A DNA stretch of 64,000 bases from Octopus vulgaris (GCA_951406725.2 OX597839.1:6510001-6574000); one strand, 5' to 3'. Positions 14,479 to 26,669 are shown, counted from the first letter of the stretch. The notes: generated by a model not told the origin, from the sequence alone. A program made the numbers and translations.

Positions 14479-15009
14479 TGTAGAGTTGGTGGTTGTGGTG
14501 GAGGTGATGATGTTAGAGGTTGTCAGACAAGGGATCGAAGTTCCTTCCCGAGACTATAAAAAGAAAAAAAATGAACTGATCTACATAAAGCAACGAGAGC
14601 CACAATAAAATTCAACGACAGCAACAACACAAACCACAGAAATAGCAGCCAAATCCCATTCAAATCATACTCGTCTTTTGAAACTGATTGTTGGTCACGT
14701 CTGGATTGTTTTCTCAACGTGAAAATCTACTGAATTACAAGTGACTTGTGGCTAAATTAAATTTTCGCATGAAGCTGTAGCTACAACTAAAACAAGGACA
14801 ACAACAACAACACTAATAAAATAACAATAACAACAACAACTACTGCAGGTAGAACAGGAAGTACGGCGTTCGTAAGTCATCCGTAGCGTAACCATAGTTG
14901 CAACTGATGATTGCTCTCTCTCTTTTTCTCTCTCCTTCTCTCTTTTTGTCTCTCTCTCACCCTTTCTATTTCTTTCCCCTTTCTCTCTTCCAATCTCACT
15001 GTCTCTCTC

Positions 15010-15049
<40 letters not shown>

Positions 15050-15059
15050 CTCTTTTTTC

Positions 15060-15600
15060 TATCTCTTCCTCTCACTGTCTCTCTTCTGCTCCCACTCTCT
15101 TTATATCAAAAACCAGTATAGTCACCATCCTCCTCCTCCTCCTCCTCATCATCATCATCATCATCATATTCATCATCACCATTATCATCATCATTGTCCT
15201 CATCCTCATCGTCATCATCATCATCATCATCGTCGTCGTCGTCGTCATCATCCTCACCACTACCACCACCACAACCACCACCACCACCAATGAGCCATCA
15301 ACCGAAGCAGCAGCAACAGCATCACCTGCAGTAGATTTAATTTATATCACGTGATGCGCAAAACGAGAGATTTCAGTGAATGCTTAGTCTGTTGACATAC
15401 ATTTTTGTGCTGGCTAATCGTCATCATCATCATCATCATCGTCATCATCATCATCTTCATCATCATCATCGTCGTCATCATCATCATCATCATCATCATC
15501 GTCATCATCATCGTCATCACCATCATCATCGTCATCACCATCATCATCATCATCATCATCAACAACAACAACAACAACAATACCAGCAGCAGCGACAATA
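15060..15600. repeat. (CAT)n/(CAA)n trinucleotide tracts; an (ATT)n/(ATC)n tract also lies at 46120-46530
   Basis: Seen directly. Confidence 0.9.
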
Positions 15601-15833
15601 ACAAAGGGCAGCAGCAGTTTTCTAAGCCCTGCAAAAGAACCCCAGAAGGTTCGTCCTCCAAGGAAGGGCTGGCTTCTTTTACCTCTCGGCTACCAAATCC
15701 ACTCACGAGGCCTCGTTCGGCCCAAAGATATTGTAGTAGACACTTGCCCAAGATGCCATGCAGTGGGACTGAATACTGAACTATGTAGTTGGGAAGCAAG
15801 CTTCTTAGCACACAGCTACGCATGCGCCTCTCA

Positions 15834-16069
15834 TTTTACTCTTTTTACTTGTTTCAGTCATTTTGAGTGCGGCCATGCTGGAGCACCGCCTTTAGTCGAG
15901 CAAATCGACCCCGAGACTTATTCTTTGTAAGCCCAGTACTTATTCTATCGGTCTCTTTTGCTGAACCGCTAGGTGAAGTGGACGTAAACACACCAGCATC
16001 TGTTGTCAAGCAATGCCAGAGGGCCAAACACAGACACACAAACATATATACAAACATACATACACACAC

Positions 16070-16120
<51 letters not shown>

Positions 16121-16286
16121 TACGACAGGCTTCTTTAAGTTTCCGTCTACCAAATCCACTCACAAGGCTTTGGTCGGCCCGAGGCTATAGTAGAAGACAC
16201 TTGCCCAAGATGCCACGCAGTGGGACTGAACCCGGAACCATGTGGTTGGTTAGCAAGCTACTTACCACACAGCCACTCCTGTGCCT
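15834..16286 (-). mobile_element. SINE family B, full-length (a second, 5'-half copy lies at 15660-15829)
   Basis: tRNA-like A/B boxes, a CORE-like CTTGGGCAAGT segment, a central microsatellite and a GTAAAAAGAG tail. Resembles the described Octopus tRNA-derived SINEs (OK/OR group; exact family not verified). Confidence 0.9.
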
Positions 16287-16451
16287 GTTTACTAATTTAA
16301 ATAAATGAACAATTAAATAAATGAATGAAAACATGAATGCGATTTTCATTATGAGTAAGCAAAACTAGATGAAGTCTACATTTTTTAAAGATCTGAAGTT
16401 TCAAGTGGTTGGAAGATGTTTAACGAAATCCGTTTTCGTTATGTTTCAGGT

Positions 16452-16993
16452 GTTGATGGTGGGACTTGGAGGCACAAGCGTTGATGGTGGGACTTGGAGG
16501 CACAAGCGTTGATAGTGGGACTTGGAGGCACAAGCGTTGATGGTGGGACTTGGAGGCACAAGCGTTGATGGTGGGATTTGGAGGCACAAGCGTTGATGGT
16601 GGGAATTGGAGGCACAAGCGTTGATGGTGGGACTTGGAGGCACAAGCGTTGATGGTGGGACTTGGAGGCACAAGCGTTGATGGTGGGACTTGGAGGCACA
16701 AGCGTTGATGGTGGGACTTGGAGGCACAAGCATTGATGGTGGGACTTGGAGGCACAAGCGTTGATGGTGGGACTTGGAGGCACAAGCGTTGATGGTGGGA
16801 CTTGGAGGCACAAGCGTTGATGGTGGGACTTGGAGGCACAAGCGTTGATAGTGGGACTTGGAGGCACAAGCGTTGATGGTGGGACTTGGAGGCACAAGCG
16901 TTGATGGTGGGACTTGGAGGCACAAACGTTGATGGTGGGACTTGGAGGCACAAGCGTTGATGGTGGGACTTGGAGGCACAAGCGTTGATGGTG
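16452..16993. repeat. 28-bp minisatellite, about 19 near-identical copies
   Basis: Unit GTTGATGGTGGGACTTGGAGGCACAAGC with only scattered single substitutions and no unique spacers. Confidence 0.97.
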
Positions 16994-17049
16994 TCGGTAA
17001 TAATAATGGTGTTGGTGGTGGTAATGGTGGAGGTGGTTGTGAAAAAGGG

Positions 17050-17246
17050 ATCATAGTCCTTTACCAGGCCTTGGGCTCACAAGGCTGGTCTCCTGGTTTC
17101 TGTGGCTTATATGTTCCCTACTCTGGACCGGAGACGCCTCTCCGTCGCAACGTTACTCATTTTGTCAGCTGAGGGCCTGGAGCATCGTTCGTCCCAGGAA
17201 TCGAAACTACAATCTTACGATCATGAATGCAACATGCTCAACCTTA
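17050..17246 (-). mobile_element. Old tRNA-type SINE with a V/Meta-like central segment; homolog at 18445-18586
   Basis: B-box-like GTTTCGATTCC on the minus strand. The CTGGACGGGACGCCAGTCCA-like segment is shared by both copies. Confidence 0.55.
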
Positions 17247-18847
17247 GTGGTGGTGGTGGTGGTGGTGGTGGTAACGCTTGCGGTGTCGGTTGTGTTGGAG
17301 GTATTTGTGTTTGTGATAGTGATGGCGGTGGTAGTCGTAGTGGTAGCAATGATATTGGTATTAGCAGCTGCAGTACCGGTGCTTTCTTTCTTTCTTTCAT
17401 TCATTCATTCATTCATTCATTCATTCTTTCTTTCTTTCAGTCATTCATTCTTTCTTTCATTCATTCTTTCTTCCTTTCTCTCTTTCTTTCATTCTTTCTT
17501 TCAATCATTCATTCATTCATTCATTCTTTCTTTCTTTCATTCATTCAGTCATTCCTCCTTTCTTTCTTTCTTTCTTTCATTCATTCATTCAGTCATTCTT
17601 CCTTTCTTTCTTTCTTTCTTCCTTTCATTCATTCATTCAGTCATTCATTCTTTCTTTCGTTCTTATTGCCTAGCAACAGTTGCAACTTCCGTCAGAGATA
17701 CTTCAATACTCCTCGTTGTATTCAACCAACTTCCGTTTCAGCCGCGGCAGTTTACATCAGCATAACTTCCGTTTCTGTAGCCGTTGTTGTTTGCTGCTGC
17801 TGTCATTGCTGCTGCTACCACCATTATTGTTGTTGCTGTTGTTGTTGCAAGAACAACAGCAACACCAATAGTAGTAATAATAATAATAATAATGATAATA
17901 ATAATAATAATAATAATAATATTGATGATGATGGTGGTGGTAGTGGTGGTGGTAGTGGTGGTGGTGGTGGTGGTGGTGGTGGTGGTAGTGGTGGTGGTGG
18001 TGGTGGTGGTGGTAGTGGTGGTGGTGTAGCAGTAGCAGTAGCAGCCGCGGCAACAGCAGCAGTGTTAATAGTTGTAGAAGTAGTAGTAATAATAAAAATG
18101 TTTTCTATCTTAACTACTAAAAGCGCACAAAACATTGCCAGCAGTACATAAACAGTTTAGGGGTTTTCATAAAGGAACTCGAGAACCCGCCCACAAAAAA
18201 AACCCCAAAAAACAAAACAGATTCCAACAATGAATGATTGCCCAAAAGAGGGAGACCTCCCAGGGCTACTCGTGGAAACCCCACAAGACCACGGTCACCT
18301 CGAATACTAGCGCAAGTGTGCTCTCCTCCAGGCGACAATCAACCACTAGGACAGTGGTTTTCAATAGAAGTCCATTTGACCCTTGGGGGGCGGGGTCCAC
18401 ATAAGATTTTGTTGTTAACATTTATCTGCAGTAAGTTGGTGATACTTACTGCCCTTTTCAAGCCTAACGAGGCTCATGGGCCCGGTTTCTTGGTTTCTGT
18501 AGCGTATGTGTTCCCCCCAGCTGGACGGGACGCCAGTCCACCGCAGCGTTACTCAAGAAACAGGAAGAAGGAGTGAGAGAAAGTTTCCATGCCCCACCTT
18601 TACCCTGCTTTTCAGGGATAGCTTTCTCTCGACGTATTTCTGAGTGAGATTGGCTACCTTACTCATCATCTTGCATCAGTTCTTCATCTAGAAACCTGGA
18701 TCAAATCAGACAAAAGCGATTTAACCAGTCCGTCCATCCGTCCAAATACTCACAACGTTATTGGACGGCATGGTCCAGCCTTTCTATGTGTCGATCTGCA
18801 AACTAAAAGGAGCAAATGAGGGGGATCAAATAACGTTTTTCTTTGGC

Positions 18848-18848
<1 letters not shown>

Positions 18849-18884
<36 letters not shown>

Positions 18885-19430
18885 CCTTTCTATTGGAGGC
18901 AGAAGGCCTCAAATTTTTTTTTTTTTTTGGCTGGGGGGATGAGTCAATTCCATTGACCCCAGTATTTTACTGGTACTTAATTTATCGACCCCAAAAGAAT
19001 GAAAAGTAAAGTCGACCTCGAAGGAATTTGAACTTAGAAAGACGAAATACCTATTTCTTTATTACCCACAAGGGGTTAAACACAGAGGGGACAAACAAGG
19101 ACAGACAAACGGATTAAGTCGATTACATCGACCCCAGTGCGTAACTGGTACTTAATTTATCGACTCCGAAAGGATGAAAGGCAAAGTCGACCTCGGCGGA
19201 ATTTGAACTCAGAACGTAACGGCCGACGAAATACGGCTACGCATTTCGCCCGGCATGCTAACGTTTTGATAATAACAATAATAATAATAATAATAATGAT
19301 AATAATAATAATAATAAAAATAACAACAACACCAATAATAATAATAATAATAATAATCCTTTCTACTAAAGGCACAAGACCTGGAATTTGAGGGGAGGGG
19401 GATAGCCGACTACATCTACCCCAGTACTTA
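18849..19430 (-). mobile_element. SINE family C tandem copies with (ATT)n tails
   Basis: Repeated GTCGACCTCGGCGGAATTTGAAC blocks; tails (AAT)n-CCTTTCTA...AGGCACAAG on the plus strand. Confidence 0.85.
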
Positions 19431-19913
19431 ACGAAAGGGATAGATAGAAAGAGAGGGAGAGAATGAGAGAGAGTGGGAGAGACAGAGAGAGAAAAGAAGC
19501 AGTCGCAAAGGTGTGAGGATTATTGAATTAAATCAACAAATGTTATGTACAAGGTCAACGTGGGTTTTGAGCGGGTGCGTAGGAAAAAGACTCAAATAAT
19601 GTCGAATGTCTGTGTGTGTGTGTGTTTGTGTGTGGATGAATTGAAGGAATGTTTGTGTAAGAAACAAGCTTGAGAACTGGAAAGTGGAGTAGACAAAGGG
19701 ACAAAAGAATGACAGGCAGACTGACAGTCAGACCGGCAGAAAGTCAAGAGATTGGGATAGTTAACAATGGGTTTAAAACAATGATAAAGATTTTAAGATT
19801 GTTCTGGTCTCTCTCTCTCTCACGTACATACACGTGTGTATGAGTGTATATGTATATATATATATATATATATATTTATACATGTATATATATGTGTGTG
19901 TGTGTGTGTATAA

Positions 19914-20091
19914 AGGCGTAGGAGTGGTTGTGTGGTAAGCAGCTTGCTTACGAACTACATGCTTCTGGGTTCAGTCCCACTGCGTGGCACCTTGGGGAAG
20001 TGTCTTCTACTATAGCCTCAGGCCAATCAGAGACTTGTGAGTGGATTTTATAGACGGAAACTGAAACAAGCCCGTCGAATGTATATATATT

Positions 20092-20130
<39 letters not shown>

Positions 20131-20340
20131 TTGTGTGTCTGTGTTTGTCCTCCATCATCGCTTGACAACCGATGCTGGTGTGTTTACGTCTCCGTAACTT
20201 AGTGGTTCGGCAAAAGAAGAACGATAGAATAAGTACTAGGCCTACAAAGAATAATTCCCGGGGTCGATGTGCTCGACTAAAGGCGGTGCTCCAGCATGGC
20301 CGCAGTCAAATGACTGAAACAAGTAAAAGAGTAAAAGAGT
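19914..20340 (+). mobile_element. SINE family B, full-length
   Basis: Runs from the AGGCGTAGGAGTGGTTGTGTGG head to the GACTGAAACAAGTAAAAGAGTAAAAGAGT tail. Confidence 0.9.
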
Positions 20341-20686
20341 ATATATATATAAATTAAATTAGAGATAAAATCTCTATTAGGCAAATCAAACAGCGAAAAA
20401 CATAAACCAAAACATAAAAATAAAAATAAAAAATATAATATACAAAATATATAAAATATAAAATCAAAAAATTAAAATTATTTAAATTTAAAATTAAAAT
20501 TATTAATTTATATTTATAAATTTTAATTTTTTTATATATATTTTTTATATCAAAAAGTCTTTTTTTATATATATATTTTTTTTTATATCAAAAAGTATTT
20601 TTTTATAAATATTTTTTTTATATCAAAAAGTATTAAAAAGTATAATATGAGATAAAAAGTAAATAATACACACACACACACACATA

Positions 20687-20780
20687 CAGGGTGGCCCAAA
20701 AGTAGGTTTACAGTTATTCAACTATGTCTTTCGCATTTATATATCAACAGTTTAGATCTTACCTTTTTTGTTAATTTAGT
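20687..20780 (+). mobile_element. Tc1/mariner-like terminal fragment
   Basis: TA|CAGGGTGGCCCAAAAGT start resembles mariner TIRs; no partner TIR found. Confidence 0.4.
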
Positions 20781-20783
20781 GAA

Positions 20784-23700
20784 TGAAGTCGAGTTTGACG
20801 AGCTCCCGCCGGTCGTGGAATTAGAAGATTTGAAACCCTTTATGAACATTTAAAAATAAGTAAGTAAAATTTGGACTTCATAAAAAAAAGACGAGGAAAA
20901 TATACTGTTAAAATGTATAAAGAAAAAAGAAAAAAAACGATACTAAAAAAAAAGACGAAGAAAAAGAACAAGCTAAAAAAAGGAAAAAAACTGTAAGATT
21001 GTTTAATTGTAAAAAATGTAATGGCGGTTTCGTCTCGGAGCGGGACCGAGAAAACCGTCTCATATTCCTTATAATTTAATTCATTGTAATTCATTATTTC
21101 ATATGTTTTTTTGTTACCGCATGTTTGTGTATGTCCCCTCTGTATTCAGGCCTTGTGCCTATAATAAAGAGAAAGCTGGTGATTTTCACTAATGGGTGTT
21201 GATTGTGATTTCTTCGATTTGAGTTCAAATTGTTACGTACTGATATTGTAGGTTTGTTGTAGGTTTTCCCGCGCCGGTGAACCAAGATTCTTTGGATTGT
21301 GTAAATTGTTGAATTTCAGTCACTGTCTCGTTTGCACCTGTATAATCCCCGTCTACGGGAGAGTGAAGAAAGGAAGAGAAATGGAGAAACGATACAAATA
21401 AAAGACTAAGAAAAAGAACAAGCTAAAACAAGGAAAAAGAGAAAAAAAACTGTAAGAACGTTTAATTATAAAAAAGAAATCGCGGTTTCGTCTCGGAGCG
21501 GGACCGAGAAAACCGTCTCATATTCATTATAATTTAATTCATTGTAATTCATTTTTTCATGTTTTTTTGTGTTCCCGCATGTTTCTGTATGTCCCCTCTG
21601 TATTCAGGCCTTGTTCCTATAATAAAAAGAAAGCTGGTGATTGTCACTAATGGGTGTTGATTGTGATTTCTTCGATTTGAGTTCAAATTGTTACGTACTG
21701 ATATTGTATGTTTGTTGTAGGTTTCCCCTCGCGGGTGAACCAAGATTCGTTGGATTGTGTAAATTGTTGAATTTCAGTCACTGTCTCGTTTGCACCTGTA
21801 TAATCCCCGTCTACGGGAGGAGTGAAGAAAGATGGAGAATAGACAAAGTTACGCAGCGGCAACGACACAAGGAATAAATACCAACACCCTGGAATTGCAG
21901 GAAATAGAAATTGACACAAGAAAGAGGAAGGAAGGAAGAAAATTTGTAAAAAAGGAGGGAGTCTAAAGCTGACTCCCCCAGAAGAACTGATGAAAAGCAT
22001 AGCGAAGAGGACGGTAGTATACAGAACGTTGTCTACGTCCTCGAACAAGATAGAGTTAGTTCCAACAGAAGAAATAGAGGAATGCCTCGAAAATGTTAAA
22101 AAATTGACCACGTTCTATACACGTGGAAAAAAGTACGGCTCAGTGGAAGTAAGGTTTGGCAACGAAGAAGATGCCATAAACCACTCCACGGACCCGTTAC
22201 GGACAACGAAATGGATACTACTTCCGACGTACTGTGGCAAACGCGTTGCCTAGTGAGAGTTGGAAGAGTACCCCGCGAAATCGAAGAAGGATGGCTGGTA
22301 GCAGTCATAATGCACGATATGAAGAATGGAGTAGAGATCCTCAAGATAACGTGGACCCCCCCAAAGTCCAATTGGTGGAGATATAGCCTCGAAGTGACCA
22401 TGCAGGTATCTTTGGAAGACTTGCATAGTATAACGGAGGAAATAGTACTCCCGGAAGACAGCAGATTTCGAATAACAGTAGAAGTAAGACCACCAACATG
22501 ATTCCTATGTGGCAAAAAGGGGCACAAGAAAGCAAGATGTCTCGAGAAGGAAAACGGAGAGGAGAAGAAAAGTGAAGAAAACAATATCGAAGAGGTAGTA
22601 CCAATGAAAGAGACAGAGAGAGTGGAGGAAACCTTCACAGTAGTAAACACGAGGAAGAGAAAGGAACGGGTGAATTCTCCCCCAGACAGTCAAAAAAGGC
22701 TAAAGGAGATTGTGATGGAAGAAAAGAGAAATAGGTGTGAAGCACCAATAGAAACAGTAGTGAAAGAAGGCACACAAGAAAAAAATACCATTAGAACAGG
22801 GAGAACGGGGGAGCGTTTGTTGAGTTGGTTGTGATGTTTCTGCGCGCCCGAACAGATGAGGACGGGAGCCGAAGCAAGCAGAAGTGAAAAGGAAGAGATA
22901 TAAGTGACATTTGGTCAGGTATTCCAAAAGTAAAGAAGTAGAGAAAACGATTGTAAAATATAAACCGGTAATAAGAGTAAAGCTGCCGCCAGGAAAATAC
23001 CCGGAATACAGTAAAGGAATAGTCATAGATAATGAGAGATTTTTGAAATTGAGAGAGATGTATGGACATTTTATAGACTCGCTGGGGGTTGAAGTCGAGT
23101 TTGACGAGCTCCCACTGGTCGTAGAATTAGAAGATTTGAAACCGTTTATGAACATTTAAAAATAAGTAAAATTTGTACTTCATAAAAAAAAAACGAGGAA
23201 AATAGACTGTTAAAATGTATAAAGAAAAAAGAAGAAAAAAAACGATACAAAAAAAAGGACGAAGAAAAAGAACAAGCTAAAAAAAGGAAAAAGAGAAAAA
23301 AACTGTTAGAACGTTTAATTGTAAAAAAGTAATGGCGGTTTCGTCTCGGAACGGGACCGAGAAAATCGTCTCATATTCATTATAATTTAATTCATTGTAA
23401 TCCATTCTTTCATATGTTTTTTTTTTTTGTTCCCGCATGTTTGTGTATGTCCCCTCTATATGCAGGCCTTGTGCATATGATAAAGAGAAAGTTGGTGATT
23501 CCCACTGGGTGTTGGTTGTGATTTCTTCGATGTGAGTTCGAATCGTTACACACTGATATTGTATGTTTGTTGTAGGTTTCCCCGCACAGGTGAACCAAGA
23601 TTCGTTGGATTGTGTAAATTGTTGAATTTCAGTCACTGTCTCGTTTGCACCTGTATAATCCCCGTCTATAAGGGAGGTGTGAAGAGAGATGGAGAATAGA

Positions 23701-24084
23701 CAAAGTGGAATTAGAAGATATGAAACCCTTTATGAACATTTAAAAATAAGTAAAATTTGTACTTCATATAAAAAACGAGGAAAATAGACTGTTAAAATGT
23801 ATAAAGAAAAAAAAACTAAAAGAAAAAGAGACTAAGAAAAAGAACAAGCTAAAAAAAGCAAAAAAAAAGCAAGAAAAAAGACTGTAAGCACGTTTAATTG
23901 TAAAAAAGTAATCACGGTTTCGTCTCGGAGCGGGACCGAGAAAATCGTCTCATATTCATTATAATTTAATTCATTGTAATCCATTCTTTCATATGTTTTT
24001 TTTTTTGTTACCGCATGTTTGTGTATGTCCTCTCTGTGTTCAGGCCTTGTGCCTATAATAAAGAGAAAAGCTGGTGATTATCAC
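20784..24084 (+). mobile_element. Head-to-tail array of four units of an ORF1-only (gag-like) non-autonomous retroelement
   Basis: Units are 20784-21175 (3' part only), 21190-21633 (internally deleted), 21648-23491 (full) and 23506-24070 (internally deleted). They share 5' and 3' UTR blocks. The junction motif CTGGTGATT(G/T/A)TCAC lies at 21176, 21634, 23492 (degenerate) and 24071. Confidence 0.85.
21832..23159 (+). pseudogene. Disrupted ORF1/gag-like protein with a CCHC zinc knuckle (L1/Tx1-clade-like)
   Basis: Begins MENRQSYAAA, continues through track ORFs 21990-22253, 22211-22501, 22604-22834 and 22911-23159 via frameshifts. *FLCGKKGHKKARC at 22499-22540 is CX2CX4HX4C with the first Cys codon mutated to TGA. 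No RT or EN follows. Confidence 0.75.
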
Positions 24085-24295
24085 ACACTGATGACGGGTT
24101 ACTACCCAGAAATCCAGGTCTGTGTGTATCACGAAAGGCTAGAGATGGGAAAGATATTTCCCGTTGCAAATAATAATCGGGCACAGGCAGTGTGTCATTA
24201 GCCAGCTGGAGGATATGTCTTCCTGGGGCTATAAACAACAGTCGCATCGTGCCCTATGGGTCCGCCACATCTAAATGGCAAATATACTTCACGAT
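24071..24295 (+). mobile_element. HHR-bearing non-coding repeat family E (3' part)
   Basis: Homologous along its length to the reverse complement of 52449-52656; ends AATATACTTCACGAT into (TA)n. Confidence 0.8.
24074..24132 (+). ncRNA. Minimal type I hammerhead ribozyme
   Basis: CACACA-CTGATGA-c-GGGT(tact)ACCC-a-GAAA-tccagg-TC-TGTGTG. Stem I extends with GTGAT/ATCAC. Predicted cleavage is after C24120. The stem II base is non-canonical (C.A). Confidence 0.7.
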
Positions 24296-24305
24296 ATATA
24301 TATAT

Positions 24306-24727
24306 ACTCTTTTACTCTTTACTCTTTTACTTGTTTCAGTCATTTGACTGCGGCCATGCTGGAGCACCGCCTTTAGTCGTGCAAATCGACCCCGGGACTT
24401 ATTCTTTTTGTAAGCCCAGTACTTATTCTATCGGTCTCTTTTTGCCGAACCACGAAGTGACGGGGACACAAACACACCAGCATCGGTTGTCAAGCAATGC
24501 TAGGGGAACAAACACAGACACACAAACAACACACACACATACATATATATATATACATATATACGACAGGCTTCTTTCAGTTTCAGTCTACTAAATCCAC
24601 TCACAATGCTTTGATCTGCCCGTGGCTATAGTAGAAGCCACTTGCTCAAGGTGCCACGCAGTGGGACTGAACCCGGAATCATGTGTTTGGGAAGCAAAGC
24701 TCTTGTCACATAGACATGCCTACGCCT
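24306..24727 (-). mobile_element. SINE family B, full-length
   Basis: Reverse-complement match from head to tail. Confidence 0.9.
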
Positions 24728-24872
24728 ATATATGTGTATATATACACTACTCAAAATCCTATAAACACACAAACCACTCTGTTGACACATAATCAATCAA
24801 CCATAAATCGAAAAATAAGCGCAACCAAATACGAACAAAAGCCATTGTATGCATCGTCACAGTACAAACATA

Positions 24873-25548
24873 AAGAGTGTTCGGGATAAATTTGAGAGCT
24901 TTCATACAAAGAAAAGAAAGCATACTATTTCCTCCAAAAATATAAGTATTTCAAGCAATCAAAGGATCTGTTCGGTTTGAACGGCAGTTTTTTCTAGCGG
25001 TGTCATATGAAATTGTCACCCATAATTATGACCCTAGTATCGATCTATTGCATTTCAATCTGTTTTAGGGTATCTTTTTTTTCTTCACAAATGTAAATAA
25101 ACCCAATCTGTTTCTTAAACGAGGGACATATTCATACGGCACAGAATATTTTTCACCTCAATAGACGTCAATGATTGGTTGAAATTGCAGAAATTGAAGA
25201 AAATTGTGGTGAAAGAGTACAGCAGGGTTCGCCACCATTCCCTGCCGGAGCCTCGTGGAACTTTAGGTGTTTTCGCTCAATAAACATTCACAATGCCCGG
25301 TCTGAGAATCGAAACCGCGATTCCACGACCGTGAGTCCGCTGCCCTAACCACTGGGCCATTGCGCCTCCACGGACAATACTCTTCCATTATTCAGATAGT
25401 TTCCATTCCTCCATGTCAGGTAACTTTTTCTCTACTACGACTTACATCTTCATGCTCTCCAACGCTGTTGAATGTTCACCAATACACCAAGCTGTTCCTT
25501 AAAAAAATGGATGCATAAAAGATCGTCAAATTTATCGCGAACACCCTG
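24873..25548. mobile_element. Old mariner-like MITE interrupted by a MITE A fragment (24963-25203, -) and a SINE D head (25204-25371, -)
   Basis: Imperfect TIRs AAGAGTGTTCGGGATAAATTTGA / TCAAATTTATCGCGAACACCCTG; the left end is preceded by TA. Confidence 0.6.
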
Positions 25549-25599
25549 AATACACTCGCACAGACGTGGAAGTAAACATCCGCATAGAACTTCGACGCA

Positions 25600-25708
<109 letters not shown>

Positions 25709-25973
25709 GTATGTATATCAAAACACACATGAACACGCTTTACGCATATTACACTCATACACAAATATACACACCCGTCATGGAAGTTCTCATTGAGGTA
25801 ATCAGCCATAAGTTTATAATTGAAAATCGAACAATGAATAATGACATTTATATACACACATATATAGCTTCATTTATACACTGATACTTAGGCCTGCATA
25901 TATATATATATATATGTTTTATATATGTTATATATATATATATGTTATACACATATGTTTGCGTTTGTTTGTG

Positions 25974-26006
<33 letters not shown>

Positions 26007-26369
26007 TGTCTGTGTGTCTGTCTGTGTGCTTGTATGCTGGTCTGTGAATATGGGAAAATTCAGCTAGCTATAGACAGGTAATCATAAACAAGTAGATATT
26101 CACGCCTATTAGAAGTCATATATATATATACACCTGCATATATAGTTTCACGCATGGACACACATGGTTGCTCACAAACACTCACACAGGTATTAAGATA
26201 TATATGTATGTGTGTATGTGTTTGTATTTCTGTTTGTGTGTGATTGTGTGCGTAAAATGTATGTGTGTGTGTGTATGTGTGCGTGTGTGCAGGTCTCCGG
26301 GTATAAAGATTCGTTTACCAATCTATCTATCTATCTATCTACCTACCTACCTACGCGTATGTATGTGTA

Positions 26370-26450
<81 letters not shown>

Positions 26451-26525
26451 GTGTCTATATATACATATATATATATGTATGTATGTATGTGTGTCTATAT
26501 ATACATATATATATATATGTATGTG

Positions 26526-26560
<35 letters not shown>

Positions 26561-26669
26561 CTATATATATGTGTGTGTGTGTGTGTGTCTATATATATGT
26601 ATGTATGTGTGTCTATATATACATGTATATATATGTACGTATGTATGTGTGTCTATATATACATATAGG

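Noticed and set aside
16452-16993. CRISPR-like array (28-bp repeats)
   Set aside because: The repeats are contiguous with no unique spacers, there are no cas genes, and the context is eukaryotic.
18600-18800. RTE-like LINE 3' end
   Set aside because: The resemblance is too weak to support by eye.
20784-24084. Conventional LTR retrotransposon
   Set aside because: No TG...CA termini, PBS or pol were recognised. The repeats are better explained as tandem units, though a split-direct-repeat element is kept as an alternative.
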